DNA from: Cladosporium halotolerans | Lineage: Eukaryota | DNA length: 20,000 nt | Assembly: GCF_011745625.1 (NCBI RefSeq) | Contig: NW_027191479.1 | Coordinates: forward strand, 300,382 to 320,381 | Direction of reading: 5' to 3' | In this document: piece after piece, positions 9,888 to 20,000 of the stretch | Position numbering within the stretch: the first letter of the stretch is position 1 | How the letters are laid out: every line of letters begins with the position of its first letter | The notes under the pieces: model-generated | Database searches by the model: none | What the model was told of the DNA's origin: nothing | Seen by the model: only the letters and a program-made list of their open reading frames with translations | Program-made: the position numbers and the translations under genes

Positions 9888-10643
9888 AATGGGCGGATGG
9901 GAGCAATTGGCGCGCAGAGAAAGGTCGGTGGAAGGGTCAGCGCATTCGTTGGCCTGTGGTGTATTCTATCTAAACTGGAGTGAGCGAAGAAGCCCGGCGA
10001 AGAAGGGCAGAGCGAGTGTACGAGTGGATGGAAATGCAGCTGTCTGATGAGTTGCAGAGGAGGCCAGGCCAGACGCAGCCTGGACGCAACAGCCGCGTCC
10101 ACGGAGGCCGAAGCTGTGGCTGGACGCGTGGCTGTGCTCAGTGCTGCTCTCTTCCCGCATCCCTCCGTCCACCATTCCGGCGCCAGTTACCTCCAGGCTC
10201 ACCTACCTTACTGCATCAAAGTTCTGGTATACCTGACTTACGACCTGGGATGCAAACGCCGTGGTAGTGGGCAAACTAGTGATGTCGAGGCCTCCTGCGT
10301 CCAAGCCTGTGCGAAACCCGCCATTGGAGCATCAAAAGCCAGGTATCATCCCACCACGCGGGCCATGCCCACCACCCAGAGTCACTCAGCGTGGGATTCG
10401 AACTGGCCGTATTAACACGCCCGCTGCGCTCTTTAGGTACGTCCCCGGGCTTAGGGTTGATACGCCCTGCCTCTCGACAGACGCTTGCGGATTGCGTGAC
10501 GGCGGACTCCACCTAACCAGTCCCCGACTGCTGAGAGCGAGAGACCGCACGATCTTCCTCTTTTTCTTTCGTCACGATCCGTCACCGTCTGTCTTTCGCT
10601 GCCTTGCCATCAAGCTGCCCCGTAGATCTTACTTGGTAGCTAT

Positions 10644-11736
10644 ATGAGAGTGTGCCGAAGCCTGCTATAATCTCCTCTTCTGGCTTGTGTGGCAAGTACC
10701 GTCCATGCAGAACAGAAGAAGCTCAGCTCCCTATTTTTCTTGACCGATGATCAAGACCTCAATATGCAGTGCTTGGACTACATACCGCTACTGAAAGAGC
10801 ACATCATCTCGCAGGGCACCCCTTTCGAGAAGCACTATTGTACAATCTCCATTTGCTTCCCATCCCGCGTCATTATCTGGACTAGCCTCGCAGCTCACAA
10901 AAATAATGTTACCGATCTCAAGGCGCCCTATGGAGGCTATCCCCAAGTTTGTTCGAGCATGGCTCAACGTGGACTCGCTCCATGTCTGGTTACAGCAGCT
11001 GGGCTACAATACCTACTATACCGGCAAGCTTTCCAAGTAGCTGGCAGCGATGGCCTTGAACTCGACGGCGCCCCCATTTCTCTTACCAGTGAAGGCCTCG
11101 CGACTTCCTCACCCATCGAACACCTTAACGCCGAATTTTGGGGCTCCGCTCTGGGCGAAGGCAAATACGGCTCGCCATTTCCCGATCATGCCGCTACCGC
11201 AAACAACGCCTACAGAGCCATCCACATTATCGGCGAATACTAAGACCTCTTGTACACCGTTTGGTACACCTGCGAGCGACGAATTCTACGACGTCGCAAG
11301 GGACCCGTCCCAGATGCGTAACTACTTCGATCCCACTTATACTGGCACGCAAGCGCACTATGCACTTCTTGGTCGATCTTTTGCGCACGTTGTCGACCGC
11401 TTGTATGGTCTTTCGATGAACACGAAGGCTTGTAAAGGCCGCACATGCGCTCTGCCCTGGCGAACTTTGCATCCTAGTTTGGAAGTGGCCTCGTTGGCAG
11501 ATATGCTTGGTGAGGAGTTTCACGGGTTCTATCAGAGGCAGCCGAAGGTAGCGTTTAGCTCCTGTGTCAAGGGCCATGATGTCGCTGAGTAAGGGCCGCA
11601 GCATGTGCCGTGAAAAAAAGACGAGCTGCTGGAATGGGGTCCAGGGCTTACGAAGGGCTCGCAAGGCCCATTGCTGCCAGGAACGAAGAGGAGGGCGAGC
11701 CTAGAGAGGCCGGGGAGATGGAGCGATTGGACTAAA
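10644..11736 (+). pseudogene. Arylsulfatase pseudogene (fungal secreted ARS type)
   Basis: Motifs FLTDDQD, HYCTISICFPSR (CxPxR), PYGGYP, WLQQLGYNTYYTGKL, EHLNAEFWG and CKGRTCALPW are present. Lesions: TAA in the signal peptide (10668), +1 frameshift at the CCCC run (10941-10944), the central part missing at ~11030-11040, TAA 11241, a frameshift near 11277 and TAA 11590. Confidence 0.9.
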
Positions 11737-11813
11737 CACGTGAAGCGCTTCAACCCCAGAATCATGTCCTCAAGCCGAATTCTCTGGAGATGTCTTACCA
11801 CACACGTCGCAAC

Positions 11814-13136
11814 TCACCCTACGTACCTGCCCCAACGTGCAAACTCCCTGTCCCGCTTCAGCGCTTCCAAGTCCTCGGGCCTCAGGCACAGCGCGACTAC
11901 TATTTCACCGCTCAGGGTCCTCGGCATCATGTACGCCAGGCCTTCCCAGCCCTCAAACGAAGGCCGCCGTATAGCCTCTGCTCTGCCGAGAATTCTGCCG
12001 AAGTCGAAGTCGTGGCACGCTTCTTTCGCCCATGAGCTCATTTTGATGTCTGAGGAGGGAACTGGTTGTCGAGGAGGAGGGACCGTCGTGCGTGGAGTTG
12101 GCAGAGATTCATGCAGTCGCGTCGCTGCTGTGCGAACCTGAAATCCAATGTTATCTGGTTGCAGGAGAGGTTCTCGAAGCGCAGACGCGATGACGCCGAG
12201 AGGACTGGACACGACTGCTGAGAGAGGTAGGCAAGCCGAGGTCTTGTGGACTACATTTCCAGGCTAGGCTTCCGGTATGCCCAGGTGCTTGCGTACGTCG
12301 ACTTGTCGCTCGAATGTCGAGTGTTTTTCTGTAGCGCCGTGTAGCCTATGCGTACGGGCACGGGTCACAGATTGCCAGACCAAAGCGCTGAGAACATCAT
12401 TCGTCGAGATAAAGGGTGTCGTATTAGCCTCGCCTGCAGCTGCCTTGAGGCTTGACATGGCCTCAGACGAGAAGAGGAAGTAGGTCCAGATTGCTTTCTC
12501 GCTCGGGCTGGCCGCCGGTGGTCCACACGGTTGCTTGGGCGGGATGCCGACGGACGGTACCTGGTGCTCGGTCAAGAGCGGTATGACTGACTGTCGCGGT
12601 AGACATGCTGATGTGACCTCGTCGTCGGTCAGGAAATCGCCGCGGCATGCTTTTGCGAGCAAGTAAATGATTTGCGACTGCCCTCGCATATCCATGCAGT
12701 TGTGCTGGCCGTTGATCACCAGCAGCAGACCTCCTTTGATGGAGTTGAGCTGCAGTGTCAGAACAGGTGCTGGCTTATCGAAATCTCTCGGCAGCGTTTT
12801 GCACGGGGCGATGAGGTCTTCGTCCAAAAGCGCGAAGGGGAATGCGCTCCTCCCATAATGATCAAAGCCGGGCAACTCGTCTTCAAGGTCTTTCACTATG
12901 ACTGAAGGCCATCTCCCGGACTCTACCATGCTGAACGAGCCATGTTCGTCCTGAATCACTTCGCCAGACACCCAAGGAACCCTGTCTGCCAAACGAGCGA
13001 GACCATTTTTGATATGTTCCACGACGAGGTTGCGGGTGACGAAGTCGGACTGTTTGAGGGCGAAGCAGAAGCAGAGCTGGGTATAAAGCTTGAACAATCG
13101 CGGGCTTCCGCCGAAAACGTCAAGCCTCTCAATCAT
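11814..13136 (-). pseudogene. Trichothecene 3-O-acetyltransferase (TRI101)-like CoA-dependent acyltransferase with a single in-frame TAG
   Basis: ORFs 13136..12264 and 12212..11814 share one frame, separated only by TAG at 12266..12264 (GIPEA*PGNV). Motifs LYTQLCFCF, HxxxD (GQHNCMDMRGQ), SSWAK, DFDFG..G.AEAIRRP and terminal RYVG. Length would be 440 aa if read through. Confidence 0.85.
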
Positions 13137-13630
13137 GACAGCCAGGGTGACAGCACGTCGTTGGGATACCTGAAGGTACGTTGGAGCCAGGCTTTGAAGC
13201 TGGGTGCTGAGTGGCGGGCTCCACTTTCACTTGCGCGGGGCATGACTGTGTCACATTAATCCTTCTCCCCGCGACAGATGTGCCATGAACGAAGTGCGAA
13301 ATTGCCTCGCGCTGTGATTTTTGCGATTTGCGCGGTCCCGGTGATTATGGAGTGATGGAAGATATCCGCCCCACGAGCAATACACGATGATGCGAGGGAA
13401 ACGGTTGGTCGAGGCAGCTAGGTCCGCGGACACTAGCATTATTAGGCTCAAATCCACGCTATCATGGGATCGGAAGTCGGATGGCGCGGTGCGATCGCTC
13501 GAGCTTTTATATTTCTTCGTGACCGGCATACTTATCGATCCTTGTCCATGGCCTTTCAAGTCCGGGGAGATAGGTTTCCTGCATCAAGCAATCTAAACAG
13601 TACTTGTTATAGCGGATCCTGCGTCAAATC

Positions 13631-14320
13631 ATGCGCCTCCTGCTCTGGGGTTTTGCAACATTTTTCTGCCTTCTGAACCTCTCGAGCGCCTTTCGAAGCT
13701 CCATCGATGATGCTTGCAGTAGCCAGATTGAAAGGAGAAGTTTGAATTCGCGCAGCAGTGTGTCATCGCGGGAGCCTGCTGCCGATCAATCCCGGCGTCG
13801 CCGGCCAGAAAACATCTTGGAAGAAGGCCCTGAGGATTCAGCTGGTCAAGCAAAAAGCTGTCCAAACTCTGACTCTACGAACAACACCAGAGAGACGAGA
13901 TGCGATCCAGACTACTTGCCCCCGGGCTATTACGACGCTCTCGAAAACCCGATCTCAGAGGAGGAATACCTTCAACAAGTTGCTTACGAGCAGAAGCATG
14001 GGGTTCCTTATGTGCGCAACAGGGTGCGAGAGCAAGCGAACTTGAAGAAGCCCTTATCGCTCTTGGTGTTCTCGGAGATTGAATGCGGTGGCGATGTTAT
14101 GGCGCGAATCAAAGAGCGCGGCACGTGCTATCAAGCTACGCAGAGTTTGAGCGTTTCTGTTGACTCTCTACCGAGCGATTGCGCAGTGATCACGTTTACA
14201 GATGCATCTTGTCAAGTTGATCCTTTTGACATGATCCCAATTCTGAGTGATACGAGTGGATGCCATAGCACAGATGCTTTTAACAGCATACACGTCGCTT
14301 GTCAACTGCTACCAGTTTGA
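13631..14320 (+). CDS. Secreted Cys-rich protein, effector candidate, 229 aa
   Basis: Single ORF after AAATCATG. Signal-peptide-like MRLLLWGFATFFCLLNLSSA, a polar pro-region with dibasic sites (ERR, RRRR), and a C-terminal ~85-aa domain with 6 Cys. Confidence 0.72.
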   Translation: MRLLLWGFATFFCLLNLSSAFRSSIDDACSSQIERRSLNSRSSVSSREPAADQSRRRRPENILEEGPEDSAGQAKSCPNSDSTNNTRETRCDPDYLPPGYYDALENPISEEEYLQQVAYEQKHGVPYVRNRVREQANLKKPLSLLVFSEIECGGDVMARIKERGTCYQATQSLSVSVDSLPSDCAVITFTDASCQVDPFDMIPILSDTSGCHSTDAFNSIHVACQLLPV

Positions 14321-15352
14321 TATCGATGGGAAACAGTCGTTCGTTCAGAAGCAAGTTATGAAGATTGGCGAGCTGCTATGCGGTACAGAATGAATTTACC
14401 GAGCCCCAGAATTGTTCAAGGCATCTGCTACACAGAAAGCGAGTCTCCATTCAAGCGAGACTCAAGCGAAGACTGCGATCGTTGTCAAACCCGATTTTGC
14501 TGTCAGAGGGGTCCATACTAGCGTTCCCAGATTTGCCAAATGATCTCAGGGAGAAATACGCTGTTTGCTAATCACTCACAACTAGTCGCACGAGTCTTCA
14601 AACGACATCATCATGAGATGGCTGTTGACATTGACCAGCACATTGATCACACAGGAATGACCTAATAGACGCCCGCATGCATGCTCCCGCTTTGGAAACT
14701 TCTCGTGAGGACACGGCCAGCAAGGTTTGTTTAGTACAGTCCCTGAGTGAAGCTTGTTTGTTTTGGTCGTCAGAACGTGTCCTTTGAACACATAAAGAGG
14801 TGGGTTATTGAGGGTCTTAGCTAATCCAGATATTGATGCAATGGTGCTGGTATCCACTCGGATGCCATCCAAGTCGTTGAGTCTTTCCAAAGATTCCGCT
14901 GTTTGAGATTTCTAGATTTCTAGATTTCAAAGATGACATTACTTTGCTCTGTGATCTAGAAGCAACCTCCAACAAGATCATTTACTAAAATGTGTTCTCC
15001 AGTAAATCCACTATTCAGCTGATTGACGTGCTCAATGGCACGCTTGGATTCATCTTCTCACTCGACGCACAGGACACGTACGCCAGAATCATCCGTCGCC
15101 CGTGAGGAGTCATGGGCTTGTGGTGATATTGCGCAAGTCATGAAATGTGGCCAAACACGGTGTCGTACCAAGCGCCATCCTGCGCAACCGGCAAAGCCTG
15201 CAGTCACTGTTGACGCACAGCTCCAGATCCTACTCCAAAGCGTCGTTGCAGCCAGGAGTGATTTCACAAAAGTGAGCCAGCATCTCGACTGCTGGCGGGC
15301 CAGTCTCCCAACAACTTGCCAAGAGAAACTATTGGAGGCCGATCTGATCAAA

Positions 15353-16371
15353 TTATCTGATCCGGCCGAAATCGGCGCGTGCGGCAGAAGGCGGGGCGGG
15401 TCTTGTGAAGGCGCTGGCACGTGCCGAGCTCGCACATGTCAAGGATACCGTCGACAGTTCTATGTGAGCTCGCTTTGCGCGTAGCCGTGGTTTCGTGATG
15501 GTTCATGGCATGGTTCCTGCGTGTCCGCGATGTTGCGGTTGTGACAGAAAGCTTTTATATTCGCCTCCAACTGTAGGGTCCTCGCCGTACCGACGGCACT
15601 TCCCCCTGCTGTATTGCTGCGGCATCCGCCATCCCCCGCATTCTGCATGTAGGTTTCTTACACCTGTTGACCAGCGCTAACAACAGCAGTTGGTGGAACT
15701 CAACCATTCGCCACAACCTGCGTTCAATGAGTCGGAAAAGCAGCGCAGGCGACCCGGACTCCTCTATTCTGCACAAGTTTATCAGATCGTCGCCCAGCTC
15801 CGCGTCGATCGAACGGTCTCGGCCGAAAATGCCGCTCCCAGCACTTGGCGACCCTTGGCGACTGCACGCCGAGCTCTTCTGGAAGGGCCAGTCGCGTGGG
15901 ATGCTGCCCGAGCTCTGGCAATCTCATCTGATAACGGCAGATCATTGGCTCGCGCACGCCGTTCGCCAGGGCTGTCCTGCTGGCTTGGTACTCTCGAGCG
16001 CAGCGCATGCAAGCTTGTGGGAACAATGATCGGCTTGTCACGAACAATCGTGCCTGCATGTGCGCGCCACGGGCCTTTGAAGACGCGACTCTCGTGCTTA
16101 TGATCGTGCCCTGACTGACGTGAAGAACATCCAGGCATGGCCAGTGCCGCCCCTCCAGCGAGAAGAAGCAAAGCCGCCGCCAGGGCTGCAATATCCGGAT
16201 GTCTTCTTATGGACTCGCCCGTCTTTGCCAAGTCGCTAATTGCGCTCTTGTGCATCTGCGAAAGAATCTTTTCGCGGCACCCTGATCTTGTTGGGGCGCC
16301 CCGAGCGGACTCTGACCATACAAAAGAGCGGCGCCTCGCCTACTTCATGCCGCCCTCCCATCTTATCTGAT
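15353..16371. promoter_or_regulatory. Four SreA-type GATA elements (ATCWGATAA) upstream of the siderophore transporter
   Basis: TTATCTGAT 15353..15361, TTATCAGAT 15779..15787, ATCTGATAA 15926..15934 and TTATCTGAT 16363..16371, plus a near-match ATCTGATCA at 15342..15350. Confidence 0.85.
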
Positions 16372-16439
16372 CGGGCTCTTCACCTTCACTCCCTGTCCCA
16401 CTGATTCTGCCGAGCACTCCGTCAAGTCTCGCAGTTGCC

Positions 16440-18456
16440 ATGGGCTTTCTCAGCAGGCTTCGGCCTGATCCCAGTGCCGGCTCGCCGGAAATTGTGCGCA
16501 CCCAGTATGCCACTACCGACCGGAGCACAGAGAAGACGGGCGCCGCGGTCGCCGACACGACTTCTGTCGAAGCCAACCAGTCGCACAACATCAAGTCCGT
16601 GCCATCGCAAGACAGCGACAACGAAGATGAGCTGGTGCATAAGGACATGCAACCTGGTGTCCAGAAGATCGAAGGAATGGCACAAGTCTGGCCTAGGTGG
16701 GCGCTGTGGACCACCTACATTCTGTAAGTTGCAGCGCTGTATACCGTGAACCACAGATCGCCAGTAACTGACTCGCGAGTAGCGTTTGGGTCATCTACTT
16801 CATTGATGCCTTAGAAGGGCCCACAGGATGGACGTTGACCCCTTATGTCACGAGTGAGTTTCAGCTTCACGGTCTCACTGCCATCACCTCAGTCGTGGCG
16901 CAGCTTGTCGCAGGCTTGTTCAGGCTTCCTCTCGCAAAGGTATGCTGCCAAAACCCAAGTTCGAACAGAATGACCGGCTGACAGTTAAGCAAAGCTCATT
17001 GATGTCTGGGGCCGTCCAGAAGGTCTCGCACTTTGCGTTGTCCTCATGACCGTCGGATCGATCATGATGGCAGCTACCAACAGCGTCCAGATGTATGCTG
17101 CAGCCGAGGTCTTCAGTCAGACAGGGTGAGTACCAATTGGCATGTCAGCCTCTAGACCCTTATTTCTGACAGTGTTTGTGTAGTGGTGGCAACCGCAACT
17201 ACATCCTCAGCGTTATCCTGGCCGACACCTCGCAGCTCAAGAACCGAGGACTCATCTTTGCATACATTGCATCGCCATACCTGATCACGACCTTCACATC
17301 AGGATACTTCGCAAACTCTATGCTGAACGGCCCTGGCTGGCGATGGGCTTTTGGCATCTTTGCGATCCTGCATCCCTTGCTCAATCTTCCGCTATTTGTC
17401 ATGTTGATGTACTATCAACGCAAGGCTATTCGTCAGGGTCTTGTCCCACTCCGGAACAGCGGTCGCACGGTCTTGCAGTCCATCAAATACTACTCAGTCG
17501 AGTGCGATGTCTTTGGTCTTGTGCTGCTGGTCACCGGTCTGGCTCTCTTTCTTCTGCCGTTCAACCTATTCCCCTATCAGGGTGCTACACTTTCCGAGCA
17601 ATGGTCTTCCGCCCTGGTGGTATCTATGCTGGTCATCGGACTCAGCATCATCATCGCCTTTGTTATCTGGGAGTGGAAGTTCGCACCTGTCACTTTCATC
17701 CCCTTCCACCTGCTCAGGGATCGCACAATCCTCGGTTGTTCCTTAATCGCGGCGATCTTGTTCGTGGAATTCTACATCTGGAACACTTACTTCTCATCCT
17801 TCCTCCAAGTTGTTCCGGGCTTGAACATTGTGCAAACCGGCTACGTCCAGAACATCTACAGCATGGGGGCTTGTTTCTGGAGCTTTGTCGCGGGCATCAT
17901 CCTGCGATACACTGGCGACTTCAAGTGGCAGTCTCTGGGATTTGGAATGCCTTTCACACTGCTCGGTATTGTACTCATGATTGTATTCCGCCAGCCCGAG
18001 GTCAACATTGGATACATTGTGATGTGCCAGCTATTCATCGCGTTCGGAGGCGGTACACTCGTCATCGCGCAGCAGGTTGGAGCCATGGCCGCGACAACAC
18101 ACCAGTACATCGCGGTTGTCCTCGCAATTTTGTCAGTCTTCAACTCGATCGGTGGCGCTATCGGCGCCTCTATCGCTGGCGCAATCTGGGGAGGAACGTT
18201 CTCCTCCGACCTTGCGCGCTTCTTGCCAGTGGAAAGCCAGGCCGACGCGCCCCTCATCGCTGGAAACCTGACTATGCAGCTTAGCTACCCCATCGGAGAT
18301 CCGACCAGAATCGGCATCCAGAATGCCTATGGCAACTCTCAGCGGATTATGCTAATCGCTGCTACCGCCATCACGGCTTTGGGTTTCCCGGCAGTTGCGA
18401 TGTGGCGCGCAATTGACACCAGGCAGAGGAAGCAGGTCAAGGGCAGAGTCTTGTGA
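16440..18456 (+). CDS. Siderophore-iron MFS transporter (SIT/ARN family, MirB/Sit1-like), 614 aa
   Basis: Exons 16440..16723, 16783..16939, 16995..17125 and 17184..18456, with canonical GT-AG introns of 55-59 nt and consistent phases. Family motifs QPGVQKIEG..QVW, PYVTSEF..H, LPLAKLIDVWGRPEG, ADTSQLKNRGL, WRWAFGIF and YPIGDPTRIGIQNAY, and many TM segments. Confidence 0.94.
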
Positions 18457-18539
18457 GGATTTTGAGTAGACGAGATCATTGTAGCATTAACCACCTTCGA
18501 GATATGCTGTAATATAGGTCATAGTAGTACAAGAGTTTA

Positions 18540-19901
18540 AGTCTCACCGGCTGAAGAAGCTTCTTTACCTCACTAACCAAGAACCTATTATAGCCAAATA
18601 CTCTTACGCGCGTACATATACCCAAGCCAAGTATACTAAGCTCGTACTATATGACTATCGAGATAGTAGTATACTTACTCTCTAACTTTAGGGTTTGGGT
18701 TTCGCGCTATAGAAGAAATAGATTTCTTAGGAATTTTTAAGATATCTATCCACTTTTCAACTCGGTACGATATATACTTACCCTACTATCGTAGATTGAA
18801 AACGATAGCTTTTTAAAAAATTAAGGTTTTTAGAGAATTTGAAAATATAAGGTAATTTCCTAATATAGTAATATAATTTCCTAATACCTTTAAGTAGGTA
18901 CTTAAAGTATTAAAGAGTAGTATAGTATCTTAATCTTAAAGAATATAAAAGATATATATAATATTATATAACTTCTTAGTATAATATCTATAACGTTTCG
19001 TATTCTAACTAAAATATAAAAATCTTACTTTAGACGCTTCTAGATATTTTATAATACTAGGTATTATAAAATAGCCTAATATAGTAACCTAGGGGTTTCG
19101 TATTCTTAAGAAAGTCTATATTATAAGAGAGTAATACCTACGTAGAAGCTCCTTATAGTATTTAATAAGTTCGATATTACGAAGCGAAGGTTCTTTATCT
19201 AAGTCTACTTAAAAGGGGGTAGAACGCCAAGTATACGAGTATAGCCCGTATACGCTTCTAGGGCTTACTCTTTATAATACCTTCTTCCTCTCTTCTTCTT
19301 TAAGGACCGACCGTTTTCTTCTAATATCTACTACTTTTCCCTAGTAGCCTTTATAATATAGTCCTATTAGGATTTCGTAAGGCTCTAGGATATATTATCT
19401 AGGTACTATAAACTCGTCTTACTACTAACTTTACTTTATATTATTATATAATTTTTTAGTATATAAATATAATATTACGTCCTAATCCCTTCTTTACGTA
19501 TACTATATCCTTATAATCGTTATAACTTAGTAAAGTTATAGTTATCTTTATATACGTAGTTATATATATAACTTTTATTTAACTATACTATTATATATAT
19601 ATCCTTTACTTAGCTACGTAGTTATATATTATTTATAAGTAGCGAACTATATAGTAGCTAGGGACTACCCTATAAAAGACTACTTCTACTTCTATTCTCT
19701 CTTTCTCCTTTTCCTTCTATAACTATAGTAGTAATAGTAATAGTACTAGTACTAGTATTCTTCGCCTATAATATAAATAACTCCTATATATCCCTAGTAG
19801 CCTCTATAGTATACTAACTAGGGTTTAGATATCTACTATTATCTACTATATCTTTTACGCCTAGGCTAGTATTAACTACTATAACTAGCTTATAAGTTTA
19901 G
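18540..19901. mobile_element. AT-rich RIP-degenerated repeat (probable transposon relic, family not identifiable)
   Basis: Abrupt GC drop, no ORFs and extreme TpA excess. By manual scan of 18901..19900 I found one CpA (19228) and no TpG, while CpG is retained. This is the CpA>TpA signature of RIP. Confidence 0.88.
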
Positions 19902-19975
19902 TCCTCGCCAAAAGGCAACGGAGGAGAACACTGATCTCCTCGCCAAAAGGCAACGGAGGAGAACACTGATCTCCT
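19902..19975. repeat. Perfect 35-bp tandem repeat (2.1 copies)
   Basis: TCCTCGCCAAAAGGCAACGGAGGAGAACACTGATC at 19902..19936 and 19937..19971, then TCCT. Confidence 0.95.
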
Positions 19976-20000
19976 ACTAACCCTAAGGCGGCGCTAACCG

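Noticed and set aside
14365..14890. Short TTG-started ORFs downstream of the secreted protein
   Set aside because: No ATG start or recognisable domain.
15023..16255. Possible degraded gene, including WWNSTIRHNL resembling the forkhead W.NSIRHNLS helix, some intron-like signals and a hydrophobic minus-strand ORF
   Set aside because: The motif has an extra residue and no other forkhead features, and I could not assemble a consistent spliced model. The region is better explained as the SreA-site-containing promoter, though a remnant cannot be fully excluded.
11814..18456. Secondary-metabolite or siderophore biosynthetic cluster (acyltransferase plus transporter)
   Set aside because: No NRPS, PKS or SidA-type gene is in the window, the acyltransferase is TRI101-like and interrupted, and I saw no SreA-type sites near it.
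19902..19975. CRISPR-like 35-bp palindromic repeat
   Set aside because: The copies are adjacent with no spacers, there are no cas genes, and the context is eukaryotic.
19977..19986. CTAACCCTAA as a telomerase RNA template or true telomere
   Set aside because: Under two hexamer copies, set in repeat-derived DNA with no supporting structure visible.

Overview
This window is eukaryotic DNA from a filamentous ascomycete (Pezizomycotina; Dothideomycete-like by inference), with short GT-AG introns and CTRAC-type branch points. The first ~10 kb is a dense block of intact genes: the 3' end of an AKR7-like aldo-keto reductase, a PSI-domain membrane protein, a cellobiose dehydrogenase (cytochrome + flavin + long linker + CBM1), a CASTOR/ACT-domain protein, a hypothetical protein and the SNARE TLG1. 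From 10.6 to 14.3 kb the region looks accessory: an internally deleted arylsulfatase pseudogene, a TRI101-like acetyltransferase broken by one in-frame TAG, and a secreted Cys-rich effector candidate. A siderophore-iron MFS transporter follows, preceded by four perfect SreA-type ATCWGATAA sites. It abuts a heavily RIP-mutated AT-rich relic that ends at an unRIPed 35-bp tandem repeat. The most intriguing signal is upstream of the CASTOR-like gene. About 740 nt contain a single AUG, which opens a 20-aa uORF with a T-x-x-D-Y motif reminiscent of the arginine attenuator peptide. The main frame is also stop-free for 119 codons upstream, and a 10-mer occurs three times. Together these suggest a candidate translational control module on a putative amino-acid sensor. 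All calls come from reading the sequence and recalling family motifs; no database search was run.
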